A stretch of 63,694 bases of DNA, the filler included. It is 3 parts of 3 records of this genome, joined end to end, with 100 filler letters (N's around TTAATTAATTAA, not from the genome) between each part and the next. Parts side by side here need not be neighbours in the genome. Positions count along the whole stretch, not along the records: positions 34,449 to 63,694 come from DRR378314_103; 2 more parts are not named here. One strand, written 5' to 3'. Below the pieces are notes generated by a model that saw only the letters and a list, made by a program, of their open reading frames with translations, did not search any database and had not been told where the DNA came from. Positions 50,101 through 59,869 of this stretch are shown here, piece after piece (position 1 is the stretch's first letter; every line of letters starts with the position of its first letter). The position numbers and the translations under genes were made by a program.

Positions 50101-50540
50101 ACTAATACACCACCTTTGGGCGAGCTCCCGTAGGCATTCCCGTGTTTCAGCGCATCACCCGACCGATCAACGCCGGGGCCCTTGCCGTACCACATCGAAA
50201 AGATGCCCTCGACCTCGCAATGGGGATCCAGGGTTGCCTGTTGTGCACCCAAAACCGCCGTCGCGCCGAGGTCTTCATTCACCGCGGGCATGAATGTGAT
50301 ACGGTTGGTTTTCAGCCGCTCATTCGCGCGCCATAGCTCAAGGTCCAAACCACCCAGTGGTGATCCGCGATAACCCGAGACAAATCCCGCCGTTTTCAGC
50401 CCTGCTTGCCGGTCACGCCGTGCCTGATCCATCATGATTCGGGCCAGTGCCTGCGTGCCAGTCAGAAAAACGCGGCCCTCTGCCACGTTATAGCGATCTT
50501 CAAGCTGATAGGTGCGGTAGTCAGCGTCGTGGTGACTCAT
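47145..50540 (-). CDS. Indolepyruvate:ferredoxin oxidoreductase family, fused alpha/beta
   Basis: GFVSGYRGSPLGG, YFCSGCPH, GIGCH, TPP motif GEGT...NDAVAMTGGQ, CEGCGDC, TGVGGTGV. Confidence 0.93.
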   Translation of the reverse strand: MSHHDADYRTYQLEDRYNVAEGRVFLTGTQALARIMMDQARRDRQAGLKTAGFVSGYRGSPLGGLDLELWRANERLKTNRITFMPAVNEDLGATAVLGAQQATLDPHCEVEGIFSMWYGKGPGVDRSGDALKHGNAYGSSPKGGVLVVAGDDHGCVSSSMPHQSDVAFMAWFMPTLNPASVEEYLEFGEYGFALSRFSGTWVGFKAISETVESARSVNLPPDRSFTLPQIDLPELGLHVRTADLPSPEIETRIQHKLRAVRAFAEENPIDRRIYDIDNAKFGFVTTGKGHLDLMETLRLLGLDEAACRRLGIDIYKVGMVWPLARRNALRFVKGKAEVLVVEEKRGIIESQFKEYFYDWPGDKPHKMVGKYDSHGEPLIPWTGELSPLMLAPIVAARLDTFFPEENLPAKAQALTETPPPIINVAGAVRTPYFCSGCPHNTSTKVPEGSTAASGIGCHVMASWMDRETVGYAQMGGEGVPHVVASQFNGGKHIFQNLGEGTWYHSGSLAIRQAVAAGTNITYKILYNDAVAMTGGQPVDGPISVAGIAQTCRAEGVKRIALVSDDITKFHRADFPTETTFHDRAEMDGLQRELRDIPGVTALIYEQTCATEKRRRRKRGTMEDPQKFVWINDLVCEGCGDCSVASNCLSVEPRETPLGRKRKINLSSCNKDFSCLNGFCPSFVTIEGATRRKRAVKLDLDTLETGLPTPTLPSLEEPFDLLVTGVGGTGVVTVGALITMAAHLEGKGASVLDFTGFAQKFGTVLSYIRLGAAPDVLNQVRIDQGAADAVIGCDVVVSSAPKASAHYARGTRVVLNRAEMPTGDLVLHRDAQLRVNAREQAIADAVGTDNLASLDANATAEALLGDAVFANVIMLGYAWQRALVPVSQTALAQAILLNGVAVEKNRLAFAVGRCLAVDPSRVQGLAQPTETEETLDQMIARRIAYLTDYQDAVYAERYAQRIGAIRASKPDISDPILETLARNLFRFMAYKDEFEVARLQTSSTFADELAQQFEGNFKTKYHFAPPMLSWRKDERGRPVKFGLGSWMRPVLLGLSRLRGLRGSALNPFGYHAEARLHRDILRWFETLLDTYLTNPANRSEAEWLEALSTADQIRGYGPVRAESFQKARALTT

Positions 50541-50683
50541 TGCTTTGATTCCATGAGTTTATGCCGTTGGTGCGGTAATTTTAACCTGAGGTAATCGGTT
50601 ATCCGTTCCAAACTGTGTGTTGATTACGGAAATAGTGGAAAAAATCCCCACAATTACCAGAAAATATGGTTAAAGTAGTCATC

Positions 50684-51145
50684 ATGACTACGTTTGATGA
50701 CAGGGACCGCCGTATTCTGACGCTACTGCAGAATGACAGCCGAATTTCAAATGCCGAGTTGGCTGATGCGGTGGGGATGTCGGCTTCGGCGCTTTGGCGC
50801 AGGGTGCGTGCGCTTGAAGAGGCGGGTGTAATAGAACGCTACAGCGCTTTGGTGAATCCGCCAGCGATGGGTCTGACCTTCGAAGCGATCGTGCATGTGC
50901 ATCTGACGCGGCATGACCCGGACAAAATCGTCGATTTCATTCGGGCGGTGGGGATGAGCCCTGAAGTGCAGGAATGCTATGCTACCACAGGCCAGGCGGA
51001 TTATCACCTGCGTGTCCTGTGTCGCGATCTTGCGGCCTACAATACGTTTCTGGAAGATTTCCTGTTTCGGTTGCCGGCGGTCGCCAGCGCGCAGACCAAT
51101 GTTGTGCTGCGCACGATCAAGCGGAACCGACCTGTCGTGCCCTGA
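50684..51145 (+). CDS. Lrp/AsnC regulator divergent from the oxidoreductase (IorR-like)
   Basis: DDRDRRILTLLQNDSRISNAELADAVGMS...RRVRALEEAGVI. Confidence 0.92.
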   Translation: MTTFDDRDRRILTLLQNDSRISNAELADAVGMSASALWRRVRALEEAGVIERYSALVNPPAMGLTFEAIVHVHLTRHDPDKIVDFIRAVGMSPEVQECYATTGQADYHLRVLCRDLAAYNTFLEDFLFRLPAVASAQTNVVLRTIKRNRPVVP

Positions 51146-51148
51146 TGC

Positions 51149-51538
51149 TCAGGCTGCGAACGCAACCCAGGCCCAGGCCATGCCAATATAGGTCAGATTG
51201 TGAAACAACTGATCCAGACCAGCGGCACGCCAAAACGCGGCCTGATTGGGCTGCAATTGTTTGCGGTCGGAATAGTTGGCTTTCGCAAAATCGATGTGGA
51301 AATGCACAATCCATTCCAATGCAGCGATGATCAGGATGAACTCGGCTGGTGCACGAAAAACAGCAAATATGATGACCGAACCCACAACATGCACAGCTGC
51401 ATGTTGCGCGCGTCCCATATGGAAATACGTGCCCCGCCCAGAAAGCATTTTGGGCGTCTGTAAGTAATAGTCGGCGAACATATGTTTGATCTGAAGCAGA
51501 CAGAGCAACAGAAACACAGCGCCATAACTGGCAGGCAA
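51149..51538 (-). CDS. DUF3307 membrane protein
   Basis: KHMFADYYLQ, HAAVH, HFHIDFAK, GLDQLFH; TTG start after GGAGGG. Confidence 0.85.
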   Translation of the reverse strand: MPASYGAVFLLLCLLQIKHMFADYYLQTPKMLSGRGTYFHMGRAQHAAVHVVGSVIIFAVFRAPAEFILIIAALEWIVHFHIDFAKANYSDRKQLQPNQAAFWRAAGLDQLFHNLTYIGMAWAWVAFAA

Positions 51539-51740
51539 ATGAACCCTCCCGATATCGTCCTGAATCAGAAGATTAGGGGGTAATTGTCTGCCACGCAAAT
51601 GAACTTGTTCACACAACGCAATTTAGGCGCAAATCGGAATTTCATTTGCGTCGAGGGATACGATCGCGGTAAATTCGTCCCGTTGTATTCACGCCAAAAT
51701 CAGTAAACTGAGTGGCGGATCACTAGTAGGGGCGGGTTCA

Positions 51741-54700
51741 ATCGAGCGCACTATATTTCGGTTTATCTGGAAATACTCAAAACGCGACCAGTTGATTCTT
51801 CTGGCCGTGACGGCAACGCTTTTTCCGTTGCTCTATCTGACGCTGGAACTGCCCAAGCGCATAATCAATGATGCGATCGGCGCCACCAGCCAGATTGTCG
51901 ATGTCTGGGGATACAGCCTGCCGCAGACCACATTCCTGATGATCCTGTGTTTTGCCTTTTTGGTTGCGGTGCTGGCGCATGGCTTGATGAAGATGCGCAT
52001 CAACACCATGAAAGGCGTTCTGAGCGAACGAATGCTGCGCCGCCTCCGCTATCTGTTGATCAACCGCGCGCTTAGATTTCCGCAGCCATATTTTGAGCGG
52101 GTGAGTCAGGGCGAAATGGTGTCGATGATCACCGCCGAAAGTGAGCCCATGGGCGGGCTGATGGGGGACGCGATCAGTCAGCCTGTGCTGCAAGCCGGGC
52201 AGATGATCACGATCCTGTCCTTCCTGTTCCTGCAAAGTGTGTGGTTTGGATTGGCTGCCGTTGCGTTGATCCCGTTGCAGGCATGGCTGATCCCGCGCCT
52301 GCAGCGTCAGATCAATCTTTTGAATAAGCAGCGCATCCAAGAGGTGCGCGTGCTGGCCGCGCAGATTGGCGAGAATGCAGCCGGGGCCTCAACCCTACGT
52401 GCCAACGGTGGTTGGCGGTATCGTCGGGCGATGATTTCGGATCAGTTGGGGCGGCTGTTCGCAATTCGGTTCGATATTTACCAGAAGAAGTTCTTTATGA
52501 AGTTCATCAACAACTTCATATCGCAACTTACGCCGTTCATGTTCTACTTGGTGGGCGGACTTCTGGTGCTGCAAGGCTCAGTTTCACTTGGGGCACTCGT
52601 GGCTGCGCTGGCGGCTTATAAAGACCTGAGTTCGCCCTGGAAGGAATTGCTGACCTACTACAATCAGACGCAGGACATGTCGCTGAGATGGGACGTTGTG
52701 ATCGAGCGTTTCGCGCCGGATGGCATGATTGATGAAAAACTGTTCGAGGGAGAGCCAGCAGAGCGCCCCCAACTGAACGGGGACATTGTCCTGGATAGGG
52801 TTTCGGTTCGCGATATCGACGGCAATCAGGTGTTGGACGATCTGAACCTGACGTTCCCTGCGGGTCGGACCATCGGTATCTCTGCTACCAGCGAAGAAGA
52901 CCGCAACGCGTTGACTGAATTGCTGACCCGAGAGATCGTGCCAACCTCGGGCCGGATTGAAGTTGGCGGCATCAACATGGCCGACCTGCATCAAGGCGTT
53001 GTTGCCGCGCGAATAGGTTTGGCAACCTCTCGCCCGGTGATGTTTCAGGGTACTTTGGGCGAAAACGTGATGATGCCGATGCGGTCTCGACCCTTGTCAG
53101 CGTCAACAGAAGACCCGGATTTTCCGGAAACTATACGTGCTGGTAACAGCGCCGATCCTTTCGATGTCGAATGGGTTGATCTCGGACTGGCCGGTTTTGA
53201 TGATACGGCCCGATTGCGCGACTGGTGGCTGCAATTGATCGACGGCATGGGCTCGGGTGCGGCGCTGTTTCAGCGCGGGGCTGAACAGGCCTTTGATCCG
53301 AATGAACACCCAGACCTGGCAGCCAAACTGATCGAGCTGCGACCGTTGGTACAAAAGGAAGTACAAAAGGCTGGCCTGACCGAGCAGGCGTTGGTTTTTG
53401 ATCGTTTAGCTTACAATCCGGCACTCCCGGTTGCTGAAAACCTCTTGTTTGCGACGCCCTGTGTGCCGGTCACGCGGCAACTTCTGGCACAGCAGACTGT
53501 GTTTCTTGGCCAGTTGCGAGAATTGGGGTTGGATGAAACGTTGGTCAGCCTGACACGCGACGTGATTGAATTGCTGCGCCAGATCTTTGGGCTGGATGGG
53601 ACCGATCACCCCCTATTTCGCAAACTTGGGTTAGAGGCCCAAACCTACGAGGCGGCGGTTGAACTGGTCGAGCAAACCCGCAAGGAAGGCGCGCGCGGAC
53701 TTGATGACGAGCAGTTGGCCAGCTTGTTGTCGGTACCGTTTGTGATCTCTGCAGAACAAATTGGCCCAGCGTTTTCAGATGAGCTTAAGAACCGTATTCT
53801 TGAGCTGCGCCACAGCCATTCCGACAAACTGCTGGAACCTTTGCACGATGTATTTGTGCCCTTGGACGAGAACGCATTTGCGCCCGGTCTGACGGTTATG
53901 GAAAACGCGTTGTTCGGCAAGGTCAGCCAGATTGGCGGTGCGCGGACTGATGAGGCGCGCAAGAAGATCGTCGATGTGCTCGCCGAAAATGGCGCGCGCC
54001 CGATGGTCGTCGAGCTGATCTATGATGTACCAGTCTCGCTTGGTGGTCAGAATCTTCCAGCCGTATTTGCGGAACCGTTGGCCTTTACCCGTGCGACGAT
54101 CAAGAAGCCCGATATTCTGATCCTGGAAACCGCACTTGCCAGCTATGACATGGAGACACAGGTCGCCGTGTATAAGAATTTGCGTGAATTGCTGCCCGAA
54201 ACCACGGTAATCTACCTGAATGACACGTTCGAGAATCCAGATGTTTTCGACATGTATGTTGAAATCCGTCAGGGCCGGGTGGTGACAGGCGAAGGTCCAA
54301 CCGACGTCGAAGGTGACGGCGCGGCGTCTGCCGATCTTGTGCGCAAATTACGTGCGCTGGAGCAAACACCGTTGTTCTCTGGTCTGGACCGCCGCCAGCT
54401 TCGCCTGCTGGCTTTCGGTGCACGCTGGTTCGAGGCCAAACCGGGCCAGGTCGTATTTCTCAAGGACGATCAGCCGACCGATGGGGCCTATGTCGTTCTC
54501 GAGGGAGAAGCAGGCCTTTACTTGCCGCGTTCGGGTGAGGCCGACCAACTTATTGCAACCGTTGGTGCCGGTGCGCTGGTGGGCGAGCTGGGGTTGATCC
54601 GTAAAGAACCCCGGGCGTTGAGCATGGTTGCGGAAACCGAGTTGTCTTGCCTGCGTATCGGTGAAGAAGAATTTCTGGCGGTGGTCGAGAATGACGCTGC

Positions 54701-54749
54701 CACGGCCTTCAAACTGCTGCAGGTGATCGCGGGCTACGTCTCGAACTGA
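51741..54749 (+). CDS. ABC transmembrane domain + split/degenerate NBD + C-terminal cyclic-nucleotide-binding domain
   Basis: TMD in first ~300 aa; PTSGRIEVGG, KPDILIL; TPLFSGL...GELGLI.KEPRA cNMP; start inferred at ATC51741 (first standard start is TTG51792). Confidence 0.85.
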   Translation: MERTIFRFIWKYSKRDQLILLAVTATLFPLLYLTLELPKRIINDAIGATSQIVDVWGYSLPQTTFLMILCFAFLVAVLAHGLMKMRINTMKGVLSERMLRRLRYLLINRALRFPQPYFERVSQGEMVSMITAESEPMGGLMGDAISQPVLQAGQMITILSFLFLQSVWFGLAAVALIPLQAWLIPRLQRQINLLNKQRIQEVRVLAAQIGENAAGASTLRANGGWRYRRAMISDQLGRLFAIRFDIYQKKFFMKFINNFISQLTPFMFYLVGGLLVLQGSVSLGALVAALAAYKDLSSPWKELLTYYNQTQDMSLRWDVVIERFAPDGMIDEKLFEGEPAERPQLNGDIVLDRVSVRDIDGNQVLDDLNLTFPAGRTIGISATSEEDRNALTELLTREIVPTSGRIEVGGINMADLHQGVVAARIGLATSRPVMFQGTLGENVMMPMRSRPLSASTEDPDFPETIRAGNSADPFDVEWVDLGLAGFDDTARLRDWWLQLIDGMGSGAALFQRGAEQAFDPNEHPDLAAKLIELRPLVQKEVQKAGLTEQALVFDRLAYNPALPVAENLLFATPCVPVTRQLLAQQTVFLGQLRELGLDETLVSLTRDVIELLRQIFGLDGTDHPLFRKLGLEAQTYEAAVELVEQTRKEGARGLDDEQLASLLSVPFVISAEQIGPAFSDELKNRILELRHSHSDKLLEPLHDVFVPLDENAFAPGLTVMENALFGKVSQIGGARTDEARKKIVDVLAENGARPMVVELIYDVPVSLGGQNLPAVFAEPLAFTRATIKKPDILILETALASYDMETQVAVYKNLRELLPETTVIYLNDTFENPDVFDMYVEIRQGRVVTGEGPTDVEGDGAASADLVRKLRALEQTPLFSGLDRRQLRLLAFGARWFEAKPGQVVFLKDDQPTDGAYVVLEGEAGLYLPRSGEADQLIATVGAGALVGELGLIRKEPRALSMVAETELSCLRIGEEEFLAVVENDAATAFKLLQVIAGYVSN

Positions 54750-54773
54750 TTGTCTTAGTTTATTTGCCGAATG

Positions 54774-56006
54774 TTACGACTCGGTCGCGGGTGCGCCGCC
54801 CTGAAACGCGTTTCCGTTTACATAGTCGCACGGTGCTTCTTGCATTTGCAGGTGCAGCCCGTCGTCAGAGTAAGGATGGGCGCGGGCGAGGCTTTCATCA
54901 ATCTCGATACCGAGACCAGGCGCGGTCGGAGGTGTGACGAACCCGCCCTCGACGCGGATGCTTCCTTTGATCAGCTGATCGTGGAACGGGGTCTCGATGC
55001 TTTCCAGAAGCAGCAGGTTTGGAATTGATGCGGCCAAATGAATGTTGGCGGCCCACTCGATCGGACCTGCATATAAATGGGGTGCCATCTGCGCGTTGAA
55101 GACCTCGGCCATGGCGGCCACTTTCTTCATCTCCCAAATGCCCCCGGCGCGGCCAAGTGCGGGTTGCAGGATTTCAGCGGCGCCTGCGCGCAGGACCGCA
55201 CCAAATTCGGCCTTGGTCGTCATCCGTTCACCTGTCGCAACAGGGATGCGGACATTTCGCGCGATGCGGGCCATGTCCTCGATCATGTCCGGAGGGGTAG
55301 GTTCTTCGAACCAGAGCGGCGAATAGGGTTCCAACGCTTGGCCCAGACGAATGGCTCCGGCTGTATTGAACTGACCGTGGGTGCCAAACAGCAGATCGGC
55401 CTTATCCCCGACCGCCTCGCGGATGGCTTTACAGAATGCAACCGAGAGCGAGATGTCAGACATCGCAGGCATATGCCCGCCGCGGATGGTATATGGCCCT
55501 GCCGGATCAAATTTCACTGCCGTATAGCCGCGCCGCACCATTTCGGCAGCGCTTTCACCAGCCTGTTCCGGTGAAGTCCAGAAGTCTGTCAGATTGTGCT
55601 GGGGAAGCGGATACAGGTAAGTATATGCCCGGATACTATCATTCATCAGCCCGCCCAACAGCGCGTAGACCGGGCGATCGCGATCTTTGCCGAGGATATC
55701 CCAGCAGGCGATCTCAAGCCCTGAAAACGCACCCATGACGGTTAGGTCCGGGCGTTGAGTGAACCCGCTGGAATAGGCACGCCGGAACATCAACTCGATA
55801 TTCTCAGGGTTCTCACCCAACATGTGCCGTTCAAACACGTCGCGGATGACATGGACCATCGCGCCCGGTCCGACTGACGAAGCATAACATTCGCCCCAGC
55901 CGGTGACGCCTGTGTCAGTGGTGACCTTTACAAGGATCCAATAGCGCCCTCCCCAACCAGGTGCCGGAGGGGCGGTGACGATGACATCTAGATCTTGCAG
56001 TTTCAT
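54774..56006 (-). CDS. Mandelate racemase/muconate lactonizing enzyme family (enolase superfamily)
   Basis: GWGE, GLEIACWDILGK, KFDP, WFEEP, ATGE, PGLGIE. Confidence 0.92.
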   Translation of the reverse strand: MKLQDLDVIVTAPPAPGWGGRYWILVKVTTDTGVTGWGECYASSVGPGAMVHVIRDVFERHMLGENPENIELMFRRAYSSGFTQRPDLTVMGAFSGLEIACWDILGKDRDRPVYALLGGLMNDSIRAYTYLYPLPQHNLTDFWTSPEQAGESAAEMVRRGYTAVKFDPAGPYTIRGGHMPAMSDISLSVAFCKAIREAVGDKADLLFGTHGQFNTAGAIRLGQALEPYSPLWFEEPTPPDMIEDMARIARNVRIPVATGERMTTKAEFGAVLRAGAAEILQPALGRAGGIWEMKKVAAMAEVFNAQMAPHLYAGPIEWAANIHLAASIPNLLLLESIETPFHDQLIKGSIRVEGGFVTPPTAPGLGIEIDESLARAHPYSDDGLHLQMQEAPCDYVNGNAFQGGAPATES

Positions 56007-56026
56007 CGGGCGCTCCTTTCAGGGGA

Positions 56027-57121
56027 TCAATCGTGGTCGAACAGGATCACGTTACGCTTAGCGGCACCGGATTTGGTATCCTCAATGGCCTCGTTGATCT
56101 GGGCAAGTGACCAGCGCCCCGAGATCAGTTCATCCAGTTTCAATCGCCCTTGTTCATAAAGATCGATCATCCACGGGATGTCGCGCTGGATAACCACATC
56201 CCCCATTTTCGATCCGACCATGCCTTGGCCAAGCGCCGCCAGAACGACGGGTTCATAACTGGACATATCACCCGAATGCGGCATCCCGATCATGATCGCT
56301 TTGCCGCCCCGGCCCAGATAGCGCGGGGCTTGGTCGTAGGCGGGAATTGCGCCGACGGTGATCAGGACCGCATCCGCGCCGCGCCCGCCGAGCGCTTTGT
56401 GAGCGGCCTTCCACGGCTCTTTCAGGCTGCCCAGAACGCCATGGGTCGCGCCGAATTCCATCGCGATGTCCAGCTTATCCTCAGTCATGTCGACGGCAAC
56501 GATACGGCGCGCGCCTGCGATGCGCGCGCCTTGTATGGCGTTCAGGCCAACCCCGCCCGCACCGATCACGACGACATCCTGTCCGGGACGCAATTCTGCT
56601 GCGTTGACCGCTGCGCCAACTCCGGTGATCACTCCGCAGGACAGCAGGCTGGCGAGATCTTTGGGGAGGGTTTCGGGGATCTTGACGATTTGCCGATGAC
56701 TGACCACCACTTTCTCGGCAAAGGCCCCGCAGGCCATGGCCTGTTCCAGCGCGCTACCATCCGCAGTGCGCAATGGGCCTTTGACCGTGTCATACGGGGT
56801 TTCGCAAATGGTGGGTTTGCCGCCAGCACATGACGGGCAGGACCCGCAAGCGCGGATCAGGGTCACGACAACCGGGTCGCCGACCCGGAAGTCTCCGGCA
56901 GCGTCGCCGATGGCCGAGATTATCCCGGCTGCCTCATGCCCGTAGACTGCGGGTAGATGTCCGCCCCATGCCCCGCTGGCGAATGAGATGTCCGAGTGGC
57001 AGATTGCCACCGCGTCCAGTGTGACCTCGACCTCGCCCATTCCGGGTGGTGCGATCAAGATGTCTTCGATGACCAGCGGCTCGCCGAAAGCCCGGCACAC
57101 GGCTGCTTTGATGGATTGCAT
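56027..57121 (-). CDS. Zn-dependent alcohol dehydrogenase
   Basis: CHSD, GHE, C..C..C structural zinc, GAGGVG. Confidence 0.93.
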   Translation of the reverse strand: MQSIKAAVCRAFGEPLVIEDILIAPPGMGEVEVTLDAVAICHSDISFASGAWGGHLPAVYGHEAAGIISAIGDAAGDFRVGDPVVVTLIRACGSCPSCAGGKPTICETPYDTVKGPLRTADGSALEQAMACGAFAEKVVVSHRQIVKIPETLPKDLASLLSCGVITGVGAAVNAAELRPGQDVVVIGAGGVGLNAIQGARIAGARRIVAVDMTEDKLDIAMEFGATHGVLGSLKEPWKAAHKALGGRGADAVLITVGAIPAYDQAPRYLGRGGKAIMIGMPHSGDMSSYEPVVLAALGQGMVGSKMGDVVIQRDIPWMIDLYEQGRLKLDELISGRWSLAQINEAIEDTKSGAAKRNVILFDHD

Positions 57122-57304
57122 GCGTTTCCCCGTTCCCAATTGGAATCACGGTGACCCGTAGCAAACTTATCTGCAAGGTGGATTCCGCCACAGATATGTC
57201 GTTGTTATGCCAACGTGAAGCGCATGCGCAGAAAAGCAACAGCCCGTTATCCATCTCGCTGCTCACCCCGACCGTCCGAACCCGCAGATGGAACAAGAGC
57301 CTCG

Positions 57305-58021
57305 CTACATCCGAGTTGCGATCTGGTGAATCAAACCTGCCAGATGCTCGGGGTGCGAAAAGAACGGCGAATGAGAGCTATCAATGGTCAGGCTTGTATC
57401 TGGGGCTGCACAGCCCGCCATTTCGGCCTGATATTCGGTTGGAACGGTCCGGTCATCGGTGGTTCTGATGTACCCTTTGGGCACGCGCGCGAAGTTTTCG
57501 CTTGTATCCAAGGGGGTTGCCTGCGGCGCGATCGCTTGCGGGCACAGGCGACCGAACGCGTAGGCCACAACCTCGCGCGGGCAGTCATGATAAAACAGTT
57601 CATGCACCCGATCCGGCACGACAGTGTACGACAATCCGTCAGCAGACTTCTCGACCGCGTCACCGATCAATTGGCGTGGGGCGCGTTTACGCATATCGAT
57701 CATTGAAAGCCCCGATTGCGGGACATATGCGCTAAGATAAATCACACCTCGCATAGCATCCGGGTTGGCCTCGGCAGCCGCGCTGACGGGATAACCACCC
57801 CACGAGTGCCCCACGAGAATCGTTTGCGGAGTCGATGCTTTTAATACTACATCCCGGCATGAGCTGAGTGTGACATCCCGAATTGGCGTCGGGTCTGAAC
57901 CATGACTTGGCATGTCAATTGCGCGGGCGGTATGCCCGAATGTGGTTAGTTCCGGGATCAGATCGCGCCAGCACCAGGCACCGTGGCATGACCCATGTAC
58001 AAGCAAAAAGTCCGCCAACAA
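57305..58021 (-). CDS. Alpha/beta hydrolase (methylesterase-like)
   Basis: LVHGSCHGAWCW, GHSWGG, SHSPF. Confidence 0.9.
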   Translation of the reverse strand: MLADFLLVHGSCHGAWCWRDLIPELTTFGHTARAIDMPSHGSDPTPIRDVTLSSCRDVVLKASTPQTILVGHSWGGYPVSAAAEANPDAMRGVIYLSAYVPQSGLSMIDMRKRAPRQLIGDAVEKSADGLSYTVVPDRVHELFYHDCPREVVAYAFGRLCPQAIAPQATPLDTSENFARVPKGYIRTTDDRTVPTEYQAEMAGCAAPDTSLTIDSSHSPFFSHPEHLAGLIHQIATRM

Positions 58022-58030
58022 ATCTCTCCT

Positions 58031-58819
58031 TCAGATATGTCCGATCTCGGACAGGAAACCGCCTAGCAGTTCGGCATATTCCTTCGGACGTTCGACGCAG
58101 GGCAGGTGGCCCGCCTTTCGGATCAACGCAAAGCGCGATCCCGGGATCAGATCAATCGTTTCGCGCACCAGATCGGGCGGGGTCGAGCCATCCTCGCTGC
58201 CCGCAATCCCCAGGGTCGGCAGACGCAAGCCACTGGTGGGGGTGTAGAAATCCGTACCCGAGATTGCAGCGCAACACCCCAGGTAACCATCAACCGGTTG
58301 TCGAACCATCATGGTACGCCACAAATTCATCTCAGGGCTGGCGTGGAACGATTTTGAGAACCACCTTTCCATTGTCGCATCTGCCAGTGCCTCGATCCCG
58401 CCGGCGCGGACGGCGTCAATGCGATCCTGCCAGACTTTGGGTGTACCAATCTTGGCCGCGGTATTTGACAGCACCAGCCCGCGGATCTGGTCCATACGCT
58501 TCACCGCCAATCCTTGTGCAATCATGCCTCCGACAGACAATCCAACAAATACACAGTCTTTGACCTTTAAGTGATCAAGAAGACGTTCAGCGTCGCGCAC
58601 CAGATTACCCATCGAATAGGGTGCAGTGGGTGCGGAAGACAAGCCGTGCCCGCGTTTGTCATACCTTATGATGCGCAAACCTTTGGGTAGCAGCGGTAAA
58701 ATCGGGTCCCAAAGGCGCATGTCGGTACCCAGCGAGTTGGCAAACACAATGGGGGCACCATTAGGGTCACCGTCAATTCGGTAATGTATCCTGACGTCTT
58801 TCAGGTCAGCGATGTGCAT
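58031..58819 (-). CDS. pcaD: 3-oxoadipate enol-lactonase
   Basis: FANSLGTD, RYDKRGHG, GLSVGG, AGHL. Confidence 0.85.
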   Translation of the reverse strand: MHIADLKDVRIHYRIDGDPNGAPIVFANSLGTDMRLWDPILPLLPKGLRIIRYDKRGHGLSSAPTAPYSMGNLVRDAERLLDHLKVKDCVFVGLSVGGMIAQGLAVKRMDQIRGLVLSNTAAKIGTPKVWQDRIDAVRAGGIEALADATMERWFSKSFHASPEMNLWRTMMVRQPVDGYLGCCAAISGTDFYTPTSGLRLPTLGIAGSEDGSTPPDLVRETIDLIPGSRFALIRKAGHLPCVERPKEYAELLGGFLSEIGHI

Positions 58820-58894
58820 AGGTATGGTCCCCATCCGCTCAGGGTGCCGGAATAATAGGTTACCATCGGAGTTTGCATTGGTTACTACCGATTG

Positions 58895-59869
58895 TCAGGT
58901 AAGGAATTCCAACGCTTGTCCAAATATTTGTGGATCTACGTTGCCGCCTGAGGCCACGACGATCACTGCATCCCCTTCGATTTGGTCATTGCGAAACAAT
59001 GCCGAAGCCAGCGAGACAGCGCCCCCCGGTTCTAGCACGATTTTGAGGCGCAGAAACGCGAGGGCCATGGCGTGCAAGGCTTCCTGTTCAGACACCGAAA
59101 AACCGGGGCCGCAAAGCCGTTTCAAAATCGGAAAGGTGATCTTCCCCGGCTGTGGCGTTAGAATCGCGTCGCAGATATTCCCAGAAGTGGCAATATTGAT
59201 TTGGATCGCTCCGGTCGCCAAAGAGCGTTTCACATCTTCAAATCCTTCAGGTTCGCACGGGCGGGCGCGCAAGCCGGGCGCGTGGTGTTCCAAGGCCAGC
59301 GCGATGCCTGATGTCAGTCCGCCACCGCCGCAACAAATCAGGACATCACCGTCAGTTACACCAAGCTCGCGTGCCTGCCGGGCCAATTCCAACCCTGTTG
59401 TCCCTTGGCCCGCGATCACCTGCGGCTCATCGTAGGGCCGGATCAAGGTCAAGCCACGCTCGGCCGCCAGCGCTTCGCCGATATCTTCTCGGCTTTCACT
59501 TGCACGGTCATAAAGGACGACCTCGCCACCCAAAGCTCGGGTGTTTCCGATTTTCAGCCTTGGCGCATCCGACGGCATGATGATGACCGAAGATATTCCA
59601 TGTTTCGTCGCCGCGTAGGCAACGCCTTGCGCATGATTGCCCGAGGAATAGGCGATAACGCCCCGCTTTCGCGCTGCGTCATCCAGCGCCGAGATCGCTG
59701 ACCAAGCACCGCGAAACTTGAAGCTGCCGGTGTGTTGCAGGCATTCGGGCTTTACCAGCACGCGGCGACCCGCGATTTCATCCAGGAATGGCGATGACAA
59801 AAGCGGTGTCTCGCGCGCATGACCTTTCAGTCGCTCTGCTGCCGCTTCGATCAATTCAATGCTGCTCAT
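58895..59869 (-). CDS. PLP-dependent threonine/serine dehydratase
   Basis: LQHTGSFKFRGA, SSGNHAQG, GGGGL, SGGN. Confidence 0.92.
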   Translation of the reverse strand: MSSIELIEAAAERLKGHARETPLLSSPFLDEIAGRRVLVKPECLQHTGSFKFRGAWSAISALDDAARKRGVIAYSSGNHAQGVAYAATKHGISSVIIMPSDAPRLKIGNTRALGGEVVLYDRASESREDIGEALAAERGLTLIRPYDEPQVIAGQGTTGLELARQARELGVTDGDVLICCGGGGLTSGIALALEHHAPGLRARPCEPEGFEDVKRSLATGAIQINIATSGNICDAILTPQPGKITFPILKRLCGPGFSVSEQEALHAMALAFLRLKIVLEPGGAVSLASALFRNDQIEGDAVIVVASGGNVDPQIFGQALEFLT

